Positions 57,032 through 64,000 of a DNA stretch of 64,000 nt are shown one piece after another (position 1 is the stretch's first letter; every line of letters begins with the position of its first letter). The translations under genes were made by a program, and so were the position numbers. The DNA lies in NCBI GenBank assembly GCA_937138415.1, contig CAKZPA010000036.1:42042-106041 (forward strand), in the 5' to 3' direction. The notes beneath the pieces are model-generated. The model was not told the origin of the DNA. It was given only the letters and a program-made list of their open reading frames with translations, and searched no databases. Source of the stretch: an uncultured Nitrospiraceae bacterium. GTDB lineage: Bacteria; Nitrospirota; Thermodesulfovibrionia; Thermodesulfovibrionales; SM23-35.

Positions 57032-57958
57032 TCAGTTACTCTCACGAACTGCGCCGGCGACGAGGAATTCGAGGAGCGCTTTCTGGGTGTGGAGCCTGTT
57101 CTCCGCCTGGTCGAAGACGACGCTCTGCGCACCGTCCATCACCTCGTCCGTTATCTCCTCGCCGCGATGCGCGGGAAGGCAGTGGAGCACGATCGCTTCT
57201 TCCCCCGCCACGGAGAGAAGCGCGGTATTCACTTGGTACTTTTTGAACTTCCGATTTCGCTGCGATGCCTCTTTTTCCTGCCCCATACTGACCCAGACGT
57301 CGGTGTAAACCGCGTCCGCTCCCTTCACCGCCTCTTTCGGATCCCTCACTATCTTTACGTCACGTCCCGTTAGAGCCTTCGCCCGGTCGAGAATGTCCGG
57401 CGGCGGCTCGTACCCTTTCGGGCAGGCCATGGTAAATTCGATCCCCATGATCGCGGAAGCCTCGATCAACGAATTCGCGACGTTGTTTCCATCCCCTACG
57501 TACGCGAGGCGGATCCCCCTCAGTCGTCCCTTCCTTTCGAGAATCGTCAGCAAATCGCCAAGGGCCTGGCACGGATGGTGGAGATCGCTCAGACCGTTGA
57601 TCACGGGTATGGATGCATGGGTCGCAAATTCGCTGACCGTTTCATGGCTGAATGTCCTCATGACGATCGCGTCGAGGTAGCGTGAGAGGACCTTCGCCGT
57701 GTCGTGTATGGTCTCTCCCCTGCCGATCTGGATATCCTTCGGGGTCAGGTAAATGCTCTGGGCTCCGAGCTGGTAAATGCCGACCTCGAACGAAACTCGG
57801 GTACGGGTCGACGATTTCTCGAAAAGAAGGCCGATGCTCCGTCCGATGAGCGGACACGCCCGCGCGTCTTTCCCCGATTTCAGAGCCGCCGCTCTTTGCA
57901 AAAGATGGTCGATCTCATCGCGCGAAAGATCGGATACCGCCAAAAAATCCCTCTTCAT
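57032..57958 (-). CDS. argF: Ornithine carbamoyltransferase
   Basis: STRTRVSFE, HPCQ and HCLP motifs; 308 aa. Confidence 0.95.
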   Translation of the reverse strand: MKRDFLAVSDLSRDEIDHLLQRAAALKSGKDARACPLIGRSIGLLFEKSSTRTRVSFEVGIYQLGAQSIYLTPKDIQIGRGETIHDTAKVLSRYLDAIVMRTFSHETVSEFATHASIPVINGLSDLHHPCQALGDLLTILERKGRLRGIRLAYVGDGNNVANSLIEASAIMGIEFTMACPKGYEPPPDILDRAKALTGRDVKIVRDPKEAVKGADAVYTDVWVSMGQEKEASQRNRKFKKYQVNTALLSVAGEEAIVLHCLPAHRGEEITDEVMDGAQSVVFDQAENRLHTQKALLEFLVAGAVRESN

Positions 57959-58103
57959 GTCTCTATCCCTTTTCCATCGTATTCTGCTGCGGTCCGGTCA
58001 AACCGGGCTGTACACTGCTCATCTCCGACGGGACACACTATCCACCACATGCTATTGTCGCGATGCGACGCTCTATGCTGCGATACCGCAGGATACAATA
58101 TGC

Positions 58104-59315
58104 TTACTGGGACTGCGCCGAAAGGATGGCATGCAGGGTTTCCGTAAGCTGATCGATCTCTTTCCGCTGAACGATCAACGGTGGAACGAACCTCAGCACG
58201 GTGCCAGCCGTGCAGTTGATGAGGAACCCCTTCTCGAAACAAGCCCGCACGATCGGATCTCCTCCGGTCGTCAGTTCCATCCCGAGGAGCAACCCCCTGC
58301 CTCGCACCTCTCTGACGAGGGAAGGGAATTCTTGCTTCAATTTTTCGAGACGTTCCTTGAAATAGAGTCCCATCCTATTGCATTGATCGAGGACGAACCC
58401 GTCTTCAAGAACCACTTCGATCGTCGCCACCCCTGCAGCACAGGCAAGAGGGTTTCCTCCGAACGTGGACGCGTGGCTGCCCGGCTGGAATGCAGCAACG
58501 ACTTTGTCGCTTGCGAGCATTGCCCCGATCGGTACGCCGCCGCCAAGCCCTTTCGCGACCGCCATAATGTCAGGTACGACGCCCGAGTGCTCGTAGGCAT
58601 ACAGTTTCCCGGTACGGCCCATGCCTGTCTGCACCTCGTCAAGAATGAGGAGAATATTGCGCTCGTCGCAGAGAGACCTTACTTCTCGGAGGTAATTCTC
58701 GTGCGGTATCTTAACGCCGCCCTCTCCCTGAATCGGCTCGAGGAGGACGGCGCAGGTTCGCTCGGTAATCGCTTCTCGGAGCGATGCAATGTCGTCGTAA
58801 GGGACGTGCCGAAAGCCCGGCACGAGGGGGTCGAATCCCTTCCGAAACTTTTCCTGACCCGTCGCGCTCAGAGCGGCGAACGTGCGCCCGTGGAACGAAT
58901 TCAGCGCCGCAATGATCTCGTGCCGTTCGGGATCGATCTGTTCCTTCGCGTACTTGCGGGCAAGCTTGATCGCCGCCTCGATCGCCTCAGCGCCGGAGTT
59001 GCAGAAAAAGACCTTATCGGCGAAAGAGTGCTCGACGAGGAGTTTCGCGAGCTTGATCTGCGGTTCGTTGTAATAATAGTTCGAAACGTGGAGGAGGCGT
59101 TGCGCCTGCTTCTGGATCGCGACCACCACGCGCGGATGACAATGCCCGAGGATGTTGACGGCCACTCCGCCGACGAAATCGAGGTATTCTTTCCCGTCGG
59201 AACTCCAGACCTTCATCCCGCGCCCCTTTCGGAGGACGACGGGGAACCTCGTATAGGTGTTCATAATACAACGGCTCGATTCCTCGAACATTTTTCTTAA
59301 TTCCATACGGTTCAT
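58104..59315 (-). CDS. argD: Acetylornithine aminotransferase
   Basis: GHCHPRVV, DEVQTGMGRTGK and AKGLGGG (PLP Lys). Start uncertain (ATG at 59315 or 59306; the track TTG at 59342 is unlikely). Confidence 0.9.
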   Translation of the reverse strand: MNRMELRKMFEESSRCIMNTYTRFPVVLRKGRGMKVWSSDGKEYLDFVGGVAVNILGHCHPRVVVAIQKQAQRLLHVSNYYYNEPQIKLAKLLVEHSFADKVFFCNSGAEAIEAAIKLARKYAKEQIDPERHEIIAALNSFHGRTFAALSATGQEKFRKGFDPLVPGFRHVPYDDIASLREAITERTCAVLLEPIQGEGGVKIPHENYLREVRSLCDERNILLILDEVQTGMGRTGKLYAYEHSGVVPDIMAVAKGLGGGVPIGAMLASDKVVAAFQPGSHASTFGGNPLACAAGVATIEVVLEDGFVLDQCNRMGLYFKERLEKLKQEFPSLVREVRGRGLLLGMELTTGGDPIVRACFEKGFLINCTAGTVLRFVPPLIVQRKEIDQLTETLHAILSAQSQ

Positions 59316-59410
59316 ATTATAGGAATTGTCCTTAAAAATCAAACATCTGTCGGTCTTTACTTTGGCGTGTTCAATGTATTACAATTATTGACTTTCAAGG
59401 AGGTGATGTC

Positions 59411-59647
59411 TTGGTCAAAATCAGACTGACGCGGATTGGTGCGCACAAAAGACCTTTCTACCGGGTTGTCGTGGCTGATTCGAGGGCTCGGAGAGACGGA
59501 CCGTTTATTGAGATAATCGGGACCTACGATCCTTTGAAGAACCCTTCAGAAGTCAAGCTCGATCAGGAAAAGGTAAAACTGTGGATGCAGCGGGGTGCTC
59601 AACCTACCCACATCGTGAAAAAGCTTTTGCAACGGGCTGGCATGTAA
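59411..59647 (+). CDS. rpsP: 30S ribosomal protein S16
   Basis: (TTG)[29 protein letters not shown], preceded by AAGGAGGTGA. Confidence 0.9.
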   Translation: MVKIRLTRIGAHKRPFYRVVVADSRARRDGPFIEIIGTYDPLKNPSEVKLDQEKVKLWMQRGAQPTHIVKKLLQRAGM

Positions 59648-59676
59648 ACAGTCCTCAACTCGAATGGAGGTGGACC

Positions 59677-59910
59677 ATGATGAAAGAGTTAGTAGAGAAG
59701 ATGGCGAAGGCCCTGGTAGACAGACCCGAGGAAGTGACTGTTGCAGAGGTCGACGGTGAGAAGACAACGGTGTTCGAATTGAGAGTGGCACCGAGTGATC
59801 TTGGAAAGGTTATTGGCAAGCAAGGGAAAACGGCGCGCGCGATGAGGACCATCCTGAGCGCTTCGGGAACGAAAATCGGCAAGCGCTGCGTGCTCGAAAT
59901 ACTCGAATAG
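59677..59910 (+). CDS. KH-domain RNA-binding protein (YlqC/UPF0109)
   Basis: ATG at 59677 follows [23 protein letters not shown] is a GxxG KH motif; conserved position after rpsP. Confidence 0.8.
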   Translation: MMKELVEKMAKALVDRPEEVTVAEVDGEKTTVFELRVAPSDLGKVIGKQGKTARAMRTILSASGTKIGKRCVLEILE

Positions 59911-59970
59911 TTTTCCGATTCTCCGGCTCGGCACGAAACCGCATCCCGCTCCGAGACCGACGATCGCAAA

Positions 59971-60017
59971 GGGGTAGAAGGAAAGGGCGCCTTCCTTGTA
60001 CCCCTTCAGTGTTTTTT
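59971..60017 (+). other. Strong intra-operon hairpin plus T-tract in the slot where rimM is normally found
   Basis: GGGGTAGAAGGAA (59971-59983) pairs with TTCCTTGTACCCC (59992-60004) with one G.G mismatch. T6 at 60012-60017 lies 7 nt after the stem. Confidence 0.45.
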
Positions 60018-60040
60018 GGGGTCCCGGAGGCTGTCTCGAA

Positions 60041-60784
60041 ATGACGATGAAATGCGATATCCTCACAATTTTCCCCGATATCTTTCACGCATACCTTCGG
60101 GAGGGGATGCTGAGGAGAGCGATTCGGAACGGTCTCCTCGAGGTCCGCGTCCACGATCTGCGTGATTTCACTGCGGACAAGCACAGGACCGTCGATGACT
60201 ATCCGTACGGGGGCGGATCGGGAATGGTGATGAAGCCCGAACCTTTTTTCATCGGGGTCGAGACCATCGCCCCCGTCCGATCACGACGGAGAGTATTGAT
60301 GATGAGCCCGGCGGGCAGAAAATTCGATCAGACGCTCGCGAAAGAACTCGCAGAGGAAGAGCGACACCTCGTGTTTCTCTGCGGTCGGTACGAAGCGATC
60401 GATGAACGCGTGAGGATAGCGTTGGCCGACGATGAAATCTCGATCGGCGACTACGTACTCACTGGCGGAGAATTGCCGGCGTTGGTTATAATAGATGCCG
60501 CCGCTCGTCTGGTACCCGGTGTGCTCGGTTCTGCGCACTCCGCGGAAGTGGAATCCTTCACGTGGGGCATACTCGATTATCCCCACTACACGAGGCCGCC
60601 CGACTATAGAGGACTGTCCGTACCGGAGGTTTTGCTGTCGGGACATCACAGGGACATTCTCAGATGGAGGCGGAAGGAGGCGCTTCGGCGCACACTGCGT
60701 CGGCGTCCGGATCTTATCGAGAGCGCTCCCCTCAGTGAAGAGGACGAGTGCCTCATCAGGGAATTAAAGGAGGAATCGCTATGA
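60041..60784 (+). CDS. trmD: tRNA (guanine37-N1)-methyltransferase
   Basis: [11 protein letters not shown]...[17 protein letters not shown]...[11 protein letters not shown]...[14 protein letters not shown]. Confidence 0.95.
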   Translation: MTMKCDILTIFPDIFHAYLREGMLRRAIRNGLLEVRVHDLRDFTADKHRTVDDYPYGGGSGMVMKPEPFFIGVETIAPVRSRRRVLMMSPAGRKFDQTLAKELAEEERHLVFLCGRYEAIDERVRIALADDEISIGDYVLTGGELPALVIIDAAARLVPGVLGSAHSAEVESFTWGILDYPHYTRPPDYRGLSVPEVLLSGHHRDILRWRRKEALRRTLRRRPDLIESAPLSEEDECLIRELKEESL

Positions 60785-61185
60785 GTCTGATGCGGGCTGT
60801 CGAAGAAGGATACAAGAGAGAGATGACAAATTTCCAGGTCGGGGATACGGTGAGGGTTTCCGTCAAAGTCGTCGAGGGAGACAAAGAGCGAATACAGCCA
60901 TTTGACGGTGTCGTAATCGCGCGACGAGGAGGAGGGGCGAGGGAGACGTTTACGGTTCGCAAAATATCCTTCGGCGTCGGCGTCGAGAGAATCTTCCCGC
61001 TGTATTCTCCGTCGATCGATAGGATTGACGTCCTCAAAAGGGGAAGCGTGAGGAGGGCAAAACTCTACTACCTCCGCAAGAAGAAAGGCAAGGCAGCCAA
61101 AATCAAAGAAAAAGAACGGACCCAGTCGACGAAGACTGCCGAGGCCCAGTCTGAGACACCGGCCGCTGCTGCCGCGAGCGAATAG
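60781..61185 (+). CDS. rplS: 50S ribosomal protein L19
   Basis: [33 protein letters not shown]...[14 protein letters not shown] overlap with the trmD stop; Lys/Ala-rich C-terminal tail. Confidence 0.95.
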   Translation: MSLMRAVEEGYKREMTNFQVGDTVRVSVKVVEGDKERIQPFDGVVIARRGGGARETFTVRKISFGVGVERIFPLYSPSIDRIDVLKRGSVRRAKLYYLRKKKGKAAKIKEKERTQSTKTAEAQSETPAAAAASE

Positions 61186-61296
61186 CTCTCGTTTCGAAAC
61201 GAGCCGCGAGGTATTCGCGCCCGCCCGCTTTTTTTCGATGTCTCGCCGTGTCCCTTCCGTCACCGGCGCGTGCGCGTGGAGTGCTCCTCGCCACCT

Positions 61297-61917
61297 ATGG
61301 ATATCTACGAGTACGATCGCGCGCTAAGGGCGCAAGGCTTTCATCGGATTGCCGGCGTCGATGAAGCAGGCAGGGGGCCGTTAGCCGGCCCCGTTGTTGC
61401 TGCGGCAGTTATCTTGAGGGACGGTGTCATTATACCCCGCCTGCGGGATTCGAAAAAAGTTCCCGAATCCGAGAGGGAATCTCTGTATTCCTCGATTCTG
61501 TCTTTATCGGCCGAGATCGGCGTCGGCATCGTGGGACCGGAAGAAATCGATCGGCTGAACATTCTCCGCGCGACGAGACGCTCAATGGAGATGGCCATAG
61601 CGAATCTTCCCTCCGCACCTGACCTCCTCGTCATCGATGCGCTTTCTCTCCCGTCGATACCTCTCCCGCAACGTTCACCAATCAAAGCGGAGAACGTCAG
61701 CGCGTCCGTCGCGGCCGCTTCGATCGTCGCCAAGTGCACGAGGGACAGGATCATGCTCACGTACCACCACCAGTATCCCGAGTACAATTTCGGGAAACAC
61801 AAAGGGTACGCGACGAAGGAGCACCTCGAGGTCTTGCAGCGCCTCGGTCCCAGCCCGATTCACCGGAAAAGTTTCTTCGGCGTTCTATCACCCGGGCTTC
61901 CGTTCGGGTCAACGTGA
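61297..61917 (+). CDS. rnhB: Ribonuclease HII
   Basis: IAGVDEAGRGPLAGPV, DSKK and ASIVAK motifs. Start is the internal ATG at 61297 of the track ORF. Confidence 0.9.
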   Translation: MDIYEYDRALRAQGFHRIAGVDEAGRGPLAGPVVAAAVILRDGVIIPRLRDSKKVPESERESLYSSILSLSAEIGVGIVGPEEIDRLNILRATRRSMEMAIANLPSAPDLLVIDALSLPSIPLPQRSPIKAENVSASVAAASIVAKCTRDRIMLTYHHQYPEYNFGKHKGYATKEHLEVLQRLGPSPIHRKSFFGVLSPGLPFGST

Positions 61918-61943
61918 CGCTGAAACCCCTCTTGCCCCGGCGT

Positions 61944-62606
61944 TCAGTGCAGTACCCTCAGAGTCCCGTCCGTCAGCAAATAGACGCGGTCAACCGCCCG
62001 CGAAAGGAGCTCTCGATCGTGCGAAATGATCACGTAGGTCGGCGCGTAGGCGAGGAGGTAGTCCAGAAAGCGTCTCGACGTCGCCTCGTCGAGACCGCTC
62101 GTCGGCTCGTCGAGCAAGTAGCACTCGGGCTGCATCGCCATGACCGTCGCCAACGCGACGAGCCTCTTTTCGCCCCCGGAAAGACGGTGCGTGATCCGTT
62201 TCTCGTACCCGCCGAGACCCAACTTGCCGCACGTCTCCCTCACGATCTCCCTCGCTTCGTCGTGGGATTTGCCGAGGTTGAGCGGGCCGAATGCGATGTC
62301 TTCCTCGACGGTCGGACAGAAGAGCTGATCGTCCGATTCCTGGAAGAGCAGGCCGACGCGCCTCCGCACCTCGATAAAATCATCCTCGGTCTTCCTCGCC
62401 TTGCCAAATACCTCGATGCTCCCCGAGGAAGGCTTCAATAGTCCCATGATCAGGTGGAAAAGCGTCGTTTTGCCGGCGCCGTTGGGACCGGTCAACCCGA
62501 TCCGTTCCCGTCCGTAGAGGGAAAAATCGAGACCGCGGAACACTTCGCACCCGTTCTGATACGCGAAGGTCAGACCGCGAATGTCGATGAGTCGGTTATC
62601 GTCCAT
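61944..62606 (-). CDS. cbiO: ECF / cobalt-type ABC transporter ATP-binding protein
   Basis: GPNGAGKTT, LSGGEKR, LLDEPTSGLD; overlaps the cbiQ-like gene. Confidence 0.8.
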   Translation of the reverse strand: MDDNRLIDIRGLTFAYQNGCEVFRGLDFSLYGRERIGLTGPNGAGKTTLFHLIMGLLKPSSGSIEVFGKARKTEDDFIEVRRRVGLLFQESDDQLFCPTVEEDIAFGPLNLGKSHDEAREIVRETCGKLGLGGYEKRITHRLSGGEKRLVALATVMAMQPECYLLDEPTSGLDEATSRRFLDYLLAYAPTYVIISHDRELLSRAVDRVYLLTDGTLRVLH

Positions 62607-63351
62607 GGCTCATGAGAATGAAGAGACAGACGGTCAGGAGTACCATGCCGAAACCGAAGACGTAGTCTCTGCCGTGCATATGGAAATGCGTGATGACAGG
62701 GAATCGCCCTGTAAACCCTCTGCAGAGCATCGCGTGGTATATGCGCTGAGAGTGGTCGTAGCTCCGAACAATGAGCATCCCGATGAGGTACGCGTACGTC
62801 CGGTACGTGTGCAGATTCGTTCTCGGCCGGAAGGCCCGAACCGATAGGGCCCGTTTCAATTTTACGTACTCCTCGTGGAGCACGCTGATGTACCGGTAGA
62901 AGAAGAAAAAGAGATAGACGAGCTTCTTCGGCATTCGCAAGTGGACCAGCGCGTGGGCGAGGGAGAACACATCCGACGTCCCGAGCATCGCAATGGTAGC
63001 GAGCACGATACCGTTCGTCTTTAGCGTAATCGACCCACAGAGAGAGATCCCCTCTCGCGTCGCGACGAGCGGCCCTACCTGAAAGACCTCGCGACCCGGG
63101 TAGCTGAAGGGCAGTACGACCCACAGGAGGAGGACGAACACATTGACCGCGGCGAGCCGGCTCGCGAGTTTCCGCACGTCGATCCGCGCCAGAACCGTCA
63201 TCGAGGCCGATAGAGCAAGGGCGAGCACAGGCACGCGGATCCCGTCCGAAAAAGCGATCAGGAGGACGTACGGCAGGAAAGTGACGAACTTCACCCTCGG
63301 ATCGAGGCGGTGGAACAACGACGTTCCCTCGGAGAATTCTTCAAGATGCAT
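62596..63351 (-). CDS. cbiQ: ECF transporter transmembrane (T) component, CbiQ type
   Basis: LDPRVKF..., multi-TM, ALSVRAF...R (Ala-Arg-Gly-type coupling-helix region), adjacent to the ATPase. Confidence 0.8.
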   Translation of the reverse strand: MHLEEFSEGTSLFHRLDPRVKFVTFLPYVLLIAFSDGIRVPVLALALSASMTVLARIDVRKLASRLAAVNVFVLLLWVVLPFSYPGREVFQVGPLVATREGISLCGSITLKTNGIVLATIAMLGTSDVFSLAHALVHLRMPKKLVYLFFFFYRYISVLHEEYVKLKRALSVRAFRPRTNLHTYRTYAYLIGMLIVRSYDHSQRIYHAMLCRGFTGRFPVITHFHMHGRDYVFGFGMVLLTVCLFILMSHGR

Positions 63352-63360
63352 ACGCGGCTT

Positions 63361-63999
63361 TCACGGTCTCGTCGTACGGTCCTTCTGACGGTGCGTCCCC
63401 TTGAAGTACGCGATGACACCAAATATGCCCACGATATACCCCAGTCCTCCCAGCACTTCCGTAACGCGCGGTTTCCCGCTTCTTTCCTGAAGATCGACGA
63501 GTATTGTAAGAACGGGCTGCAGTTTGCTGTCCACGACTCTTCCGATAATCGCCTCCAGCTCTTCCGATCGTTCGCAGGATGACGCCGCGGACCGAACCCC
63601 GGGAGTCTCCCTTTGTTTTTCGGGAGCACCGACAGGCTTCTTCTCCCCCTGCTCCACAAAGTGATGGAGCGACGACAGAGCAGCCTTCACCTCTTCCTCG
63701 GAAAGAACGTATTCATTCCGATGTCCTGCACCGGCGATGAGGACGATCTTGAGCGGCGATGGTCGTGGGATTTGAAAAGAAAAACGCCCGTCATCGTCGG
63801 TCTTCCCGCTTAGCAGCTTTTCACCCGTCCTTTGATCGAACACCTCAATGGCCGAATTCTTCGCTTTCGAACCATCGACGAAGTACCCCTCCGCGAAGAC
63901 TTTCCCCTCCTGAGCATACGCGAAGATATTCACTTTATGTGCCTCGACCTCCCGCACAAAAAGACCGCACAGGAGCGACAGTGCGGCAGCCGCAGCCAT
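63361..63999 (-). CDS. Periplasmic beta-sandwich (transthyretin/carboxypeptidase-regulatory-like) protein with a C-terminal TM anchor; putative Ni/Co transporter accessory component
   Basis: Signal-like N-terminus, HKVNIFAYAQEGKVFAEGYF...DDDGRFSFQIP, and C-terminal LGGLGYIVGIFGVIAYF. The ATG is 1 nt from the window edge, so the true start could lie outside. Confidence 0.4.
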   Translation of the reverse strand: MAAAAALSLLCGLFVREVEAHKVNIFAYAQEGKVFAEGYFVDGSKAKNSAIEVFDQRTGEKLLSGKTDDDGRFSFQIPRPSPLKIVLIAGAGHRNEYVLSEEEVKAALSSLHHFVEQGEKKPVGAPEKQRETPGVRSAASSCERSEELEAIIGRVVDSKLQPVLTILVDLQERSGKPRVTEVLGGLGYIVGIFGVIAYFKGTHRQKDRTTRP

Positions 64000-64000
64000 C

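Noticed and set aside
59300-59330. TATAAT immediately before ATG 59315 of argD, suggesting a leaderless transcript from ATG 59306.
   Set aside because: There is no convincing -35 box at 16-18 nt and the spacing to either ATG is only approximate. It cannot be supported without TSS data.
1-64000. Window-wide look for CRISPR arrays, rRNA/tRNA genes, RNase P, SRP or tmRNA signatures, and transposase or integrase genes.
   Set aside because: No regularly spaced direct repeats, no GGTTCGAATCC-type T-loops in a cloverleaf context, no conserved core strings of those RNAs and no recombinase-like ORFs were seen. Absence is judged by eye only and should be confirmed with tRNAscan, Infernal and CRISPR-finder tools.

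Overview
GC-rich, densely coding bacterial chromosomal segment. About 70 protein genes can be supported. By eye I found no rRNA, tRNA, CRISPR array, transposase/IS or prophage genes. Most of the window (about 12.5-64 kb) is core housekeeping in familiar operons: livMGF, recN, lepB, ribE-ribBA-ribH-nusB, uppS-cdsA-dxr-rseP, glgP, hisD, truA, dnaJ-hspR-clpB, nrnA-rbfA-infB, rpmB, tig-clpP-clpX, lipA, hom, nth, argD-argF, rpsP-KH-trmD-rplS-rnhB, and an ECF Co/Ni transporter at the right edge. The first ~12 kb looks accessory. It holds a c-di-GMP-flavoured cluster: a stand-alone PilZ, a GT2 glycosyltransferase, a TPR-SPOR protein, a DUF5658-like membrane protein behind a structured leader, and an unusual PilZ/J-domain/TPR fusion. 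It also holds a co-directional minus-strand signalling cassette: small secreted Cys/Tyr peptide, LysM-FecR protein, CHASE2 histidine kinase, NarL-type regulator, CheY-like regulator, small zinc-ribbon ORF, and an RpoD-family alternative sigma factor. Two genes in that cassette are frame-disrupted, while every other long ORF in the window reads through. A bipartite palindromic intergenic element recurs three times, each time just 3' of a minus-strand gene. Other points: a near-consensus HAIR operator overlaps the dnaJ promoter, rimM is replaced by a hairpin spacer, a hom/NIL/ApgM-like trio may bear on threonine synthesis, and a low-GC gene-free gap lies downstream of argF. Start codons were chosen by eye from Shine-Dalgarno context and N-terminal conservation and may be off by a few codons. 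Family assignments rest on motifs read in the translations and on memory of those families, not on searches.
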